A program made the translations under genes and the position numbers. From Eubacteriaceae bacterium (GTDB lineage Bacteria; Bacillota; Clostridia; Eubacteriales; Anaerofustaceae): a stretch of 58,325 nt of DNA. Below the pieces are notes generated by a model, which was not told where the DNA came from, did no database searches, and was given only the letters and a program-made list of their open reading frames with translations. Each line of letters starts with the position of its first letter. The first letter of the stretch is position 1. The stretch covers positions 1 through 58,325 of the forward strand of contig JAAYHF010000169.1 of assembly GCA_012727485.1 (NCBI GenBank). The letters are read 5' to 3'. Of the stretch, positions 21,673 through 32,028 are shown piece by piece.

Positions 21673-23712
21673 TTAATTCATCGTTATCCGCCCGAAAAGG
21701 CTTTCGCCCTCTTTCTTCAATTTCTCATAAAAGGCCTTGGAAATATCGTCCGTATAACCGGCGAGGCTTTGCGCGGCCACAGAGGCGGCCATGAAAAGAT
21801 CCGGATATTCAAGGGCATATTCGGTGATATTGCCCGTTTTGCCGCTCTGTTTCAAGCCGAATATCTCCCCTGCGCCCCGAAGTCTCATATCCTCCCGGGA
21901 TATTTCGAAGCCGTCGGTGGTGTTCTTCAACACAGTGAGCCTTTTCAATGCGGCGGGGGAATCGGAATCCGTTTGCAGAAAGCAGTAACCCGCCTCCCTG
22001 CCCCGGCCAACCCTGCCCCTTAACTGGTGGAGCTGGGAAAGCCCGAATCTCTCCGCGCCCTTTATCCACATTATAACCGCCTCCGGCACATCAATGCCCA
22101 CCTCGATTATCGTTGTGGAAACGAGTATATTGGTTTCCCCCGAGGCGAATTCGTTCATGATTTCCGTCTTTTTATCCTCGCTCATCTCCCCGGTGATAAA
22201 GCCCACCTTATTGGGGGAAAGTATCTTCACCGATTCCTCATATACCTCATTCACATTTTCCATATCCGCAGAGTCTATGGCGGGGCAGACGATGAAGGTT
22301 TTTAGCCCCTTTTCGGCGGCGGCGGCAACGAAGGCATACGCCTTTTTATCCTGGGTGGAATTGAATAAAAATGTTGTGATGGGAAGGCGGCCTGCGGGCA
22401 GTTCGTCTATGATGCTCAGTGACAAATCCTTATAGATGCTCAAAGCCATGGTGCGGGGAATGGGCGTGGCGCTCATCACCAGCACATGGGGCAACACCCC
22501 CTTGCTTTCCAGCGCGGCCCTTTGGGCAACCCCGTAGCGGTGCTGTTCGTCTATGGAGATAAAGGCCAAATCTCGGTAGACGACATCCTTGGAAAAAAGG
22601 GCGTGGGTGCCGAAAATAACATTCGTTCGGCCGTCGGCTATTTTTGCGAGGGTTTCTTCCCGCTGTTTTTTCTTCATTCCCGAATAAAGCACGGCGCATT
22701 CAAAACCGAAGGCCTCAAAATATCGGGAGTATTTTTCCTTATGCTGACGGGCTAAAATCTCCGTGGGAGCGCATATTGCCGCTTGGAAGCCGTTGGCTAC
22801 GGCGATATAGGCCGCGGCCACAGCCACAAAGGTCTTTCCGCTACCCACATCTCCCTGGAGCAGACGGTTCATTCTACCGCCGGAGGACATATCCGCAAGT
22901 ATCTCATCGAGGGCCCTTTTCTGGGCCCCGGTCAATTCAAAGGGCAGGCTTTTCACGAATTGACCGCCGAAGGATATATCCATCACCCTCCCCTTTTGGG
23001 TTTCCTTCAGGGCGACGGATTTATTAAGGCCGATATTAAAGCTCATGAATTTCTGCATGATGAAATATCTTGCCCCCCTGACGGCGTCCTTCTCGTCGCC
23101 GGGAAAGTGAATATCCCTGTAAGATTGCTCTATTCCCTCCAAATCATATTCCAAACCGATGCGAAGGGGCATCTGCTCGGTCAAGACCGTGTTTTCAACG
23201 GCTTCCTTCATCCAAAGGACGAACTGCTTTTGCTTGAGCCCGCTTTTCACGGAAAGGGAATAGACGGGATATATACCGGGTTTTAAATAGGTGGCAATGT
23301 CATCTCTTTCGAGTACGGGGGAAATCATCACCTTTCCCCCCGGGCCGCCGCCGGGGTAAAGCTTGCCGTAAAGCCTGTATGTGCCCTGCTTTTTCAGGGA
23401 ATCCTTTATATAGGGCTGGTTATAGAAAACCACGGGGAATATGTCCCTGCCGTCGTCGAAGCTCAAAGTCCACCTGCTTTTGGTACCCTTGGAATAGCCC
23501 CTGCTGCCTATACCCGTATATACGGCACGAATAAGCGCATACTGCCCCTGCTGAGCCTGCGAAAAATCGCAAAAATCCCTCCGTTGTCTGTAATCCGAGG
23601 GAAAATAATCTAAAAGTTGCCCTATGGTTTTTATTCCGATAGTAGAAAGGGCGTTAGCCTTTTTGCCGCCGACGCCCTTTAAGACTGTTATTTCATTTTC
23701 GGGATAAAACAA
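21673..23712 (-). CDS. recG: ATP-dependent DNA helicase RecG
   Basis: 679 aa with GDVGSGKT and a DEQH box (DEQHRYG). The start is TTG with GGAG upstream, 4 nt after the yloV stop. Confidence 0.9.
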   Translation of the reverse strand: MFYPENEITVLKGVGGKKANALSTIGIKTIGQLLDYFPSDYRQRRDFCDFSQAQQGQYALIRAVYTGIGSRGYSKGTKSRWTLSFDDGRDIFPVVFYNQPYIKDSLKKQGTYRLYGKLYPGGGPGGKVMISPVLERDDIATYLKPGIYPVYSLSVKSGLKQKQFVLWMKEAVENTVLTEQMPLRIGLEYDLEGIEQSYRDIHFPGDEKDAVRGARYFIMQKFMSFNIGLNKSVALKETQKGRVMDISFGGQFVKSLPFELTGAQKRALDEILADMSSGGRMNRLLQGDVGSGKTFVAVAAAYIAVANGFQAAICAPTEILARQHKEKYSRYFEAFGFECAVLYSGMKKKQREETLAKIADGRTNVIFGTHALFSKDVVYRDLAFISIDEQHRYGVAQRAALESKGVLPHVLVMSATPIPRTMALSIYKDLSLSIIDELPAGRLPITTFLFNSTQDKKAYAFVAAAAEKGLKTFIVCPAIDSADMENVNEVYEESVKILSPNKVGFITGEMSEDKKTEIMNEFASGETNILVSTTIIEVGIDVPEAVIMWIKGAERFGLSQLHQLRGRVGRGREAGYCFLQTDSDSPAALKRLTVLKNTTDGFEISREDMRLRGAGEIFGLKQSGKTGNITEYALEYPDLFMAASVAAQSLAGYTDDISKAFYEKLKKEGESLFGRITMN

Positions 23713-23716
23713 TTCT

Positions 23717-25345
23717 TCACTCCGCGCTGATTATATAGTAATAAAGGGGCTGACCTCCGCTTATCACATCGAAATCCACATTCGGATATTCCCCTGCAAG
23801 CTGATCCTTCAGTTTTTCGGCGTCTTTTTGCTTCACATTCTCGCCGTAATATATGGAAACAATGGCCGCGGGGCTTTCCAATAACTGCTCGATGAGCTTT
23901 TTGCAGGCTTCGCTGACCCCTGCCCCGGTGACGGTTATCTCTCCCCCATTGAGGCCGATAATATCATTTTTATGTATATCGACCCCGTTCACATTGGTAT
24001 CCCTCACCGCAAAGGTCACCTGACCCGTGCGGACTGCGGCGTAGCTCTCCTCCATATTCACCATGTTTTCCCGGGCCTCAAGGGTCGGGTCAAAGCTCAT
24101 GAGGGCGGTTATCGCCTGGGGAATGTTCCTCGTTTCAAGAACATGGATATTCTTTTTACTTACTTCCTTCACCTGCTTGCAGGCCAAGATAATATTCTTA
24201 TTGTTGGGTAAGAGGATATATTCGTCCGCATCGGTGTTTTCGATTATATCGAGAAAGTCCTGGGTGGAAGGGTTCATGGTCTGCCCTCCGCTGACGATGT
24301 AATTCACTCCCAAACCTCTTAAAATCTCGCTGAAGCCCTCCCCGGCGGAAACGGCTATTAAGGCATAGGGCACATGCTGTTTGTCGTAATGCTCCGAATG
24401 GGCTTGCTCGCCCTCCGTCAGCGTTTCGAATATCTCGCTGTGCTGTTCTCGCATATTGTCTATCTTGATTTTGGTGAATTCCCCCGCCACAGAGGCTATT
24501 TTCATGACATTCCAGGGTTCGTTGGAATGGACATGAATCTTTATTATCCCCCCGTCCTCGATAACCAAAAGGGAATCCCCTATTTTCATCAGCTTGTCGA
24601 TGAGGGTTTTGCGATATTTTTTCTTTCCTGCGGTGCGAATCAAAAGCTCCGTGCAGTAGGCGTATTTAATCTCGCTGTTGGCGGAATATTCGAATTGGGC
24701 CGTGGAACGGTTTGCCGAAGCGCTCTTTAGGCTGACGGGAGTTCCCTTGGCGGCGAGCATCGCACCCTTCATGATGCACATCAGCCCCGCGCCCCCCGCA
24801 TCCACCACTCCGGCTTCCTTGAGGACATCGAGCATTTCGGGAGTGCTTTTCAGGGCGTCCTCCCCCACCTTGACTATATCCTCCAAGAATTTGGCGCAGT
24901 CGGTGTATTTGGAATAATTCTTATCGGCAAATTCGCTCATCATGCGGGCGACGGTTAAAATAGTGCCCTCGGTGGGCTTCATCACCGCGCTGTAAGCCGC
25001 CTGTTTGGCGCTGGAAAGGGCTTGAGCCAAAACAGATGAATCCATGGTATTATGCCCCATGCAACCCTTTGAAAAGCCCCTGAAAAGCTGGGAAAGTATC
25101 ACTCCGGAGTTTCCCCTCGCCCCCATTAAGGCTCCCGAAGAAACGCTTAAGGCCACATCTCCCACCCCTCCGCTGACGCTGACGGCTTCCTTGATCGCAC
25201 TTTGCATGGTCAGCGACATATTGGTGCCTGTGTCTCCGTCGGGAACGGGGAAAACATTCAGGTCGTTCACCGATTGTTTGTTATTTTCCAAATAGGCGTA
25301 TCCGCTTGTCAGATAACTTTTGAATTGATTTGAATTAATAGCCAT
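23717..25345 (-). CDS. yloV: DAK2-domain fusion protein YloV
   Basis: 542 aa with DGDTGTNM (Dak2). It shows the conserved asp23-yloV-recG synteny. Confidence 0.85.
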   Translation of the reverse strand: MAINSNQFKSYLTSGYAYLENNKQSVNDLNVFPVPDGDTGTNMSLTMQSAIKEAVSVSGGVGDVALSVSSGALMGARGNSGVILSQLFRGFSKGCMGHNTMDSSVLAQALSSAKQAAYSAVMKPTEGTILTVARMMSEFADKNYSKYTDCAKFLEDIVKVGEDALKSTPEMLDVLKEAGVVDAGGAGLMCIMKGAMLAAKGTPVSLKSASANRSTAQFEYSANSEIKYAYCTELLIRTAGKKKYRKTLIDKLMKIGDSLLVIEDGGIIKIHVHSNEPWNVMKIASVAGEFTKIKIDNMREQHSEIFETLTEGEQAHSEHYDKQHVPYALIAVSAGEGFSEILRGLGVNYIVSGGQTMNPSTQDFLDIIENTDADEYILLPNNKNIILACKQVKEVSKKNIHVLETRNIPQAITALMSFDPTLEARENMVNMEESYAAVRTGQVTFAVRDTNVNGVDIHKNDIIGLNGGEITVTGAGVSEACKKLIEQLLESPAAIVSIYYGENVKQKDAEKLKDQLAGEYPNVDFDVISGGQPLYYYIISAE

Positions 25346-25356
25346 ATCTATTCCCT

Positions 25357-25689
25357 CTATATCCTCACGCTGGGGACATATACGGTTATCCTGCGCACCT
25401 TCAGCCCTGTTTTAATTTCAATATTGTATTTAACGGCCTCTGTCAGATTCTCTGCCACGGTTTCCATTCTTACTCCGAATTCGAGTATAACGTGCAAGTC
25501 GATGAGAAGATTATGGCGGGTGTCCACGCTGACCTTGACGCCCTTGGTCATATCGTTGTTGCTTAAAAGATGAACTATACCGTCCGCCCCGGGGGTATTT
25601 GCCATACCCACCACTCCGAAACAGGCCTTCGCCGTGTTGCCTGCGATGAGCTTGATGTCGTTTACGGTTACCTCATTTTCTTTTTCCAT
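25357..25689 (-). CDS. Asp23/Gls24-family envelope stress protein
   Basis: The start is at MEKENEVTVNDIKLIAG. The Asp23-like sequence GVVGMA...VKVSVD is present. Confidence 0.8.
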   Translation of the reverse strand: MEKENEVTVNDIKLIAGNTAKACFGVVGMANTPGADGIVHLLSNNDMTKGVKVSVDTRHNLLIDLHVILEFGVRMETVAENLTEAVKYNIEIKTGLKVRRITVYVPSVRI

Positions 25690-25795
25690 ATTATGTTTCC
25701 TCCGAGATAAATCGAACCGGAAGCTTTTGCTTCCGGTTCGATTATACCATAACAACCGTTTATTTAATTGCTTTCGCTTAATTAAGTTCGCTTTA

Positions 25796-26962
25796 TCAGC
25801 CCTTAAGCGCCTTTTCGATGCGGTTGAAGGCTTCCTTAACCACCGAAAGGGGGCAGGCGATATTCACTCTTATATAGCTATCCGCATTATCCACAAAGCT
25901 TCTTCCGGATTCTATCACAACGCCGTTTTGGGTAATCTTCTTTTCAAGCTCCTCGTTGCTCAAGCCGTAGGCTCCCAAACCTATCCAAGCCACATAGGTG
26001 CCCTCGGGAACGGTATAAACGGCTTCGGGAAGCTTTTCCGCAAGGAACTGCTTTATGTATTCGAAATTTCCGTCCAAATATGCCCTTAATTCGTCGAGCC
26101 AATAATGCCCCTGCGAATAGGCGGCCTTTGTGGCGACAATGGAGAAGGGATTGGTGGAAGCGCCGCCCGCGGCCTTCATATATTCTTTACGAAGCTCCTC
26201 GTCTCTTATGAATATGTTGGAGTGTCCGTTTCCGGCAAGGTTGAAGGTTTTGGAGGGGGCGGTGCAGGTGATGATGTTTTTGGCATCGGGGAAAAGTTTT
26301 GCGATGGGAACGACTTTCTGATTCACTCTGGTCAAATCCGCATGGATTTCATCGGAGATGATGCCCACGCCGTTGGCGGTGCATATTTCGTATATTTTGG
26401 TGAGTTCTTCCGCCGTCCAAATTCTTCCCGTGGGGTTATGGGGATTGCAGAGAATGAAAAGGGTGGTATTCGGGTCCTTACACTTCTGCTCGAAATCTTC
26501 GAAATCCATGGTATAGTATCCGTCGGTGTTAATCAGCCTGTTGTAAAGGGCGTTTCTGCCCTTGGCCTTGTTGATGGCGCCGAAGAAGGGGCCGTAAGAA
26601 GGAGTGGTGATTATGATGTTGTCGCCCTCTTTAGTCATGACCTCCGCCAGCACATTGACTGCGGGAACAACCCCGTTGGAAATGACTATTTCTTCTCTTT
26701 TGACTTCGAGGCCGAAGCGGGTTTTGTACCAATTAATAAGAATATCGTAGTAGCTCTCATCGAAAATGCCTGTGTAACCGAAAATTTTCTTTTCTATTCT
26801 CTCGTGCATGGCTTCGAGAATTTCGGGGGCGACGGCAAAATCCATATCCGCTATCCACATGGCGATGGCGCCCTCGGGAGCGTCGGTGTAAAAACGCTTC
26901 ATACCGTCGTACTTAACGGAATCGGTTCCGGCTCTTGAGATAATTTGATCGAAATTATACAT
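25796..26962 (-). CDS. MalY/PatB-type PLP-dependent C-S lyase (aminotransferase class I/II)
   Basis: 388 aa with the family-typical N-terminus FDQIISRAGTDSVKYD and SKTFNLAG (PLP lysine). Confidence 0.8.
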   Translation of the reverse strand: MYNFDQIISRAGTDSVKYDGMKRFYTDAPEGAIAMWIADMDFAVAPEILEAMHERIEKKIFGYTGIFDESYYDILINWYKTRFGLEVKREEIVISNGVVPAVNVLAEVMTKEGDNIIITTPSYGPFFGAINKAKGRNALYNRLINTDGYYTMDFEDFEQKCKDPNTTLFILCNPHNPTGRIWTAEELTKIYEICTANGVGIISDEIHADLTRVNQKVVPIAKLFPDAKNIITCTAPSKTFNLAGNGHSNIFIRDEELRKEYMKAAGGASTNPFSIVATKAAYSQGHYWLDELRAYLDGNFEYIKQFLAEKLPEAVYTVPEGTYVAWIGLGAYGLSNEELEKKITQNGVVIESGRSFVDNADSYIRVNIACPLSVVKEAFNRIEKALKG

Positions 26963-27099
26963 ATGCTTCTCCTTTTCACGCGCCTTTATTTATAGGCGCT
27001 TCAATCATTATGATACTTTTTCCGACACTCAAATTCAATAGTTACCGCATAAAAAAAGAACACGGCGCATATTGATTTAATACCACCAAGGAGGTTATC

Positions 27100-28602
27100 A
27101 TGAATATTTCTATGGAACAAACAGTCTTTGAGGTAACCGGTTCCATGAGTCCCATGGCCGACTCTCTGAAACTGACACAGACACTTCGCCCGAAAGAAAA
27201 TTCCGCGGGGATAAAGGAAATTCTCTTTTGCGGCGCTGACACTTTCATCACCGAAGCCACATCCCGGGACGGGCTTTGCTGTATCAAGGGCAACGCAAAC
27301 TGCACCATGTATTATCGGGCCGAAAACGATGTTTTGGATGCGATAACCGCAGAGATACCCTATGAATATATCGGAGAATGTCCCAAGGGGTTGCTCACGC
27401 CGCTGATCAATGCGAGGATCACCTCCGCCAAGGCGGTGAATGTGAAGCCCAGAAGAGCGGATATGGAAATAACCGTCGCCTTCGAGGGACTTTTGGCCGA
27501 AAGGGCGGAGGCTTCCCGGGATTTGAATTTAAAGGATATTGATATGCTTTATATCAAAAGCACCTCCCAAAGCGCCGATACCATATCCATCAACCAAACA
27601 ACGGAGAAAATCTTTTTGGAATTCGAAACGACCCGCTCACCGCAAAACGCCATTGCCTGCACAGCGGAGCTTACAACCTTCGAATCCGCCCGGGGAAAGG
27701 GAGGGTTGCTTTTCAGCGCCTCGCTGACGGCAAATGCCCTTTACACCTGCCAAAACGACGATAATGACAGCGAATATTACAGCGCTCTCAAGCAAGTTGA
27801 CATCGAAAGATTCATAGAATTGCCGGATAACGCCTTTTATGACAGCTATTCCATCACCGCAAAGGTCTGTGCGGGCCCCTCGGAGGTGATATGGCAACAG
27901 GAGGGGGCCTTGCTCACCGCCTCGGCGGATCTGGCAGTCACCGTGATAATGTATAAAAAGAATACCTGGGACGCCTGCGAGGATTTGTACAGCGCGCAAA
28001 GGGCTGTTTTGCCCGTAATAAAGCAGGTGAAATGCGCCCGACTGACGCAGGAGCAGACCATACCCCTCTCCTTGAACGACGCAAAGAAAACCCCGGGGGA
28101 TTTCGTTTTCGTGAAGGGCAGTTTCGGACAGATGAGATACGATATAAAGCAAGCGGAGGAAATCTGCGAAATAACGGGGGAAGTGGAAGTCACGGGAATA
28201 TTGTTCAAGGAGCAGGGAGAAGCCTTCCGCATGGAAAGATTGGTTTTACCCTTCAAAGAAACCCTGCCTAAGCAATCGGGAGAACAGCTTTTCATCACCC
28301 CGGAGCTAAAAAATTTTTCAATGGAAATAGACGACGATAAGCTGATAGCCGCCGCAGAAACCCATATTAATTTCAGCCGCTTCGCCTTTGGCGAGATACC
28401 CTTTATCGAGGAGGTGAACGAGGGCGCTTTTGAAGCCGAAAATGATTCCTATCAGAGGATTACCGTGGTTTACGCAACCGACAAGGAGGATCTGTGGGAA
28501 GCGGCGAAGGAGGCGGGAAGGGGCATAGCGGAAATATTGGCGGATAATTCCATAAACGATATTGAGGACATTTCGGGGGGCAAACCGCTTATCATCAGGT
28601 AA
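27100..28602 (+). CDS. Hypothetical 500-aa cytoplasmic protein (possibly DUF3794/SPOCS-like repeats)
   Basis: It has a strong RBS (AAGGAGG) and no catalytic motif that I recognise. The family assignment is from memory only. Confidence 0.6.
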   Translation: MNISMEQTVFEVTGSMSPMADSLKLTQTLRPKENSAGIKEILFCGADTFITEATSRDGLCCIKGNANCTMYYRAENDVLDAITAEIPYEYIGECPKGLLTPLINARITSAKAVNVKPRRADMEITVAFEGLLAERAEASRDLNLKDIDMLYIKSTSQSADTISINQTTEKIFLEFETTRSPQNAIACTAELTTFESARGKGGLLFSASLTANALYTCQNDDNDSEYYSALKQVDIERFIELPDNAFYDSYSITAKVCAGPSEVIWQQEGALLTASADLAVTVIMYKKNTWDACEDLYSAQRAVLPVIKQVKCARLTQEQTIPLSLNDAKKTPGDFVFVKGSFGQMRYDIKQAEEICEITGEVEVTGILFKEQGEAFRMERLVLPFKETLPKQSGEQLFITPELKNFSMEIDDDKLIAAAETHINFSRFAFGEIPFIEEVNEGAFEAENDSYQRITVVYATDKEDLWEAAKEAGRGIAEILADNSINDIEDISGGKPLIIR

Positions 28603-28653
28603 CAAGACCAAATCCTTTTCATATTATATTGCGAAAGAAATACGGAGGACGTT

Positions 28654-28818
28654 ATGAAAAGGATCTCGGGCAGGCTTTTGGAATTGCTGCTGCTTATATG
28701 CTGTTTTTCGATGTTCATACTGGTGCTTCCCGATTGGATAGGCATCATGCTTGCGGGCGCCATACTCATCGTCTGCCTTGTGTCCATGATTTCATCCAAT
28801 TTCTTCGGGAGATTTTGA
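28654..28818 (+). CDS. 54-aa two-helix membrane micro-protein (not in the ORF track)
   Basis: My translation is MKRISGRLLELLLLICCFSMFILVLPDWIGIMLAGAILIVCLVSMISSNFFGRF. GGAGGA lies 4-5 nt upstream of the ATG, and the gene starts 52 nt after the preceding gene. Confidence 0.5.
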   Translation: MKRISGRLLELLLLICCFSMFILVLPDWIGIMLAGAILIVCLVSMISSNFFGRF

Positions 28819-28965
28819 AGGAAAAGCTTTTCTTTGCTGATATAAAGAAGCCTGTTTCAGTTGATGCGTTAACAGGACAAGAAATTGCCCGCCGTGGGGT
28901 TATTCTCTCGGCGGGCTTTCAATTCAATATAGGTTTGAGGTATTTACCTTAATAGTGAGTTTTTC

Positions 28966-29721
28966 TCAAGAAACAAAACAGGCAAGCTCAAGGGCAATCA
29001 TGAAATATCCGGGATCGTGCTGCGAGCCGTTGTTGCCGAATTCTGACCTTTTATCCCATTCGGGGGCGTCCAAAAGATCCCCGCTTTTCAGAAAATTGTA
29101 AAACTGCACCCCTCTGAAATCGCATACCGCCTGAACAGAGGCGCATTCCATTTCCACGGCAATGCAACCTTCCTGCTTGCGTTTTTCGAAATTATCCCTT
29201 GTTTCTCTGTAAATGGCATCGGTGGTCCATGTTTTTCCGAGGACATACGGAATATTTGCGCGCTTCATAAACTCGGCGACAATAAGGGAATTTTTAAGGG
29301 CAATGTAATCGGCGGCGGGGGCATAGTGGTAGGAGGTTCCTTCGTCACGGTAAGCCTGTGTCGGAATCATTATTTTTCCGCTTGCAATGTTCTTGTCAAG
29401 GCACCCGGCGCCCCCGAACATAACAATTTTATTCGTATCGACCTCAAACAGCACTTCCTCAATAAGACCCACAGCGGCGGGAGCGCCTATATATGTTTTG
29501 TAAAAGCCGATCCTCTTTCCCTTATAGTCTATTTGATATATGGGAATAAGTCCGTTGGCCGAATCCAACGAAGCGATTTGAATACAGTCGAAATGCTCTG
29601 TGACATATTTTTCGATGATATGTGAAAAGGTGATTATTATCGCATCGACTTGGGGAGCGCCTGCTTTTTTGAGCGGTTGAATTATCGCCTCGGTTTGGTT
29701 GTCAAAAGAATCGGTTATCAT
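28966..29721 (-). CDS. PNP_UDP_1-family nucleoside phosphorylase
   Basis: 251 aa. GGAGCLD and VEMECASV resemble uridine/purine nucleoside phosphorylases. Confidence 0.7.
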   Translation of the reverse strand: MITDSFDNQTEAIIQPLKKAGAPQVDAIIITFSHIIEKYVTEHFDCIQIASLDSANGLIPIYQIDYKGKRIGFYKTYIGAPAAVGLIEEVLFEVDTNKIVMFGGAGCLDKNIASGKIMIPTQAYRDEGTSYHYAPAADYIALKNSLIVAEFMKRANIPYVLGKTWTTDAIYRETRDNFEKRKQEGCIAVEMECASVQAVCDFRGVQFYNFLKSGDLLDAPEWDKRSEFGNNGSQHDPGYFMIALELACFVS

Positions 29722-29774
29722 CTCGAAACTCCTGTTATGACTTTAATTGCGCTGTTCAGGGTTTTCTTATACCA

Positions 29775-29800
29775 CAAAAAGCCGCCCGAAGGCGGCTATT
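29775..29800 (-). terminator. Intrinsic terminator after rpmB
   Basis: The stem AGCCGCC-TTCG-GGCGGCT is followed by TTTTTGTGG on the minus strand. Confidence 0.75.
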
Positions 29801-29809
29801 TACGATTTT

Positions 29810-29998
29810 TTAGCCTCTTTCGACCTTGCCGCTGCGAAGGCATCTGGAGCAGACACGCACTGTTTTATGGGTGCCGTTTTCGATAATTTTGACTTTTCTC
29901 AGATTGGGTTCCCATGCTCTGTTGGTGTGGATATTGGAATGGGAAACATTGCAGCCCATCTGAGTTCCTTTTTCGCATACATAACATACTCTTGCCAT
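29810..29998 (-). CDS. rpmB: 50S ribosomal protein L28
   Basis: The sequence MARVCYVCEKGTQMGCNVSHSNIHTNRAWEPNLRKVKI... is 62 aa. Confidence 0.9.
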   Translation of the reverse strand: MARVCYVCEKGTQMGCNVSHSNIHTNRAWEPNLRKVKIIENGTHKTVRVCSRCLRSGKVERG

Positions 29999-30168
29999 TA
30001 TTTCATCTCCGATCCATTGTAAACTAATCTGAAACAGCTGTAATATAATAGCATATCCCATCGGGCAATGCAATCAAAAACGATAAAATTTCACATCGGT
30101 TGCGGTTTATGTTATAATCTTACCCGGGTATTATAAACCCATAACGGTCGAAAAACAAGGAGTATAGA

Positions 30169-30939
30169 ATGATACTTGCAATAGATGCGGGAAACACGAT
30201 GACAAAATTCGGGTTATTTGACAAAAGCAGGCTCACAGCCCTGCATAAGACCGCCACCAAAACGGAAAAGACCTCCGACGATTGGAGCTTTTTCATCTTA
30301 AACGCCCTTTTAGCCAACGGGAAGACTTCCGGGGACATTACCGGGGTGATTATTTCCTCTGTGGTGCCTCAAATAGACGCCTATCTCGGGGAAGCCTGCG
30401 AGAAGGCGCTTAATATCTCGCCCATTTTCGTTTCCCATAGGGTGAAAACCGGCATTGTTTTGGATACTGACGACCCGAGCGAGGTGGGTGCAGACAGGAT
30501 ATGCGCGGCCCAAGCTGCGGCGCATTACCACGGCAAGCCCGTTATAGTGGCGAATTTCGGCACCGCCACCTGTTATGATCTTGTGGACGAGAGGGGGCAT
30601 TTCTGCGCCGCAGTCACCTCCCCCGGGCTTAAAACCGCCGCCGAATCCCTCTGGGGCAAAGCGGCCAGACTCGATAAGGTGGAATTAAAAGCCCCCGAAA
30701 GCATTTTGGCAAGAAATACCAACGACAGCCTGCAGGCAGGGGTGGTTTACGGCTGTGTGGGGCAGACCGAATATATAATTAATAAATTAAAGGAAGCTTC
30801 GGGCTGTGGGAACGCTGTGGTGGTGGGCTGTGGAGGTTATTCGGATATAATAGCAACTCACACCGATGTAATAGATATAATCGACAAAGATCTCATCATG
30901 AAGGGGCTTCTTTTGATTTATGACGAAAACAGAGCATAG
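30169..30939 (+). CDS. coaX: Type III pantothenate kinase
   Basis: The N-terminus MILAIDAGNTMTKFGLF is present in a 256-aa ASKHA-fold protein. Confidence 0.85.
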   Translation: MILAIDAGNTMTKFGLFDKSRLTALHKTATKTEKTSDDWSFFILNALLANGKTSGDITGVIISSVVPQIDAYLGEACEKALNISPIFVSHRVKTGIVLDTDDPSEVGADRICAAQAAAHYHGKPVIVANFGTATCYDLVDERGHFCAAVTSPGLKTAAESLWGKAARLDKVELKAPESILARNTNDSLQAGVVYGCVGQTEYIINKLKEASGCGNAVVVGCGGYSDIIATHTDVIDIIDKDLIMKGLLLIYDENRA

Positions 30940-31909
30940 GGATTTTTTCAGAGACATTTTATCCGAAAGCAATATTCTGCTCGCTCCCATGGCGGGGGTG
31001 ACGGACGCCGCCTACCGCCAAATATGCCACAAAAAGGGCTTTCGGACAATGTTCACCGAAATGGTCTCCGCCAAGGGCATGGTTTACGGCAATGAAAACA
31101 CCCTTTACTTAACTAAGCTTTTTCCCTCGGAAACAAATACGGCCCTACAGCTTTTCGGCTGTGAGGCTAAGTACATGGCAAGGGCAATAGAGGAATATGT
31201 AAATAAGAGCGATTTCGCTTTTTTGGATATTAATATGGGCTGTCCCGTGAGAAAGATCGTGGGAAACGGCGAGGGCAGTGCCCTTTTGAGAAACCCGCAA
31301 AAACTTTACGATTTGGCGACCGCATTGGTTAAGGTCAGCGAAAAACCCGTATCCGCGAAAATCCGCCTCGGCATCGACGGGAAGATAAACGCCTCGGAAA
31401 ACGCCGCCGCCTTAGAGGAGGCGGGGATCGGAATGATAACCGTTCACGGAAGAACAAGGGAAATGTTTTATTCGGGCAAGGCCGATTATGCTCAAATAGC
31501 CAAAGTGGTCGGGGCGGTGAAAATACCCGTCATTGCCAACGGGGATATTTGCGATTATGAAAGCTACAAGAGAGCTTTGGAGGAAACGGGAGCCGTCGGG
31601 GTGATGATAGGAAGGGCCGCCATGGGCAATCCCTTTATAATCTCCCAAATAACCTCGCAAATAGCCGGTGAGGATTATATACAGATAAGTGCGGCCGAAA
31701 AGCTCCGAACCGCTTTGGAACATTTTGAACTGCTTAATGAATACAAGGGGGAAGCCATCGCCTGCAACGAATTCCGCAAGCATTTATGTTATTACACAAA
31801 GGGAATGCCCGGCGGGGCCGCCGTTCGGGGCAAAGTGTCCTCCCTTTCCACCGCAGAGCAGTTTCGGGACTATATCAATAAGTTAATCGGTGAGTTTTCG
31901 GAGCAGTAG
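30920..31909 (+). CDS. dusB: tRNA dihydrouridine synthase DusB
   Basis: It has LAPMAGVTDAAYR and a TIM-barrel FMN motif. It follows coaX, as in many Firmicutes. Confidence 0.85.
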   Translation: MTKTEHRDFFRDILSESNILLAPMAGVTDAAYRQICHKKGFRTMFTEMVSAKGMVYGNENTLYLTKLFPSETNTALQLFGCEAKYMARAIEEYVNKSDFAFLDINMGCPVRKIVGNGEGSALLRNPQKLYDLATALVKVSEKPVSAKIRLGIDGKINASENAAALEEAGIGMITVHGRTREMFYSGKADYAQIAKVVGAVKIPVIANGDICDYESYKRALEETGAVGVMIGRAAMGNPFIISQITSQIAGEDYIQISAAEKLRTALEHFELLNEYKGEAIACNEFRKHLCYYTKGMPGGAAVRGKVSSLSTAEQFRDYINKLIGEFSEQ

Positions 31910-32028
31910 CTTTGAAAATATGCTTTGTGCGGTTATCTACTTTAAAAACAGCAAAAATCCCCCATTTCAAGCGGAAATACCGATAAATGGGGGATTGATG
32001 TTTATGTTTACCTAAAACGAAAAGTTTG

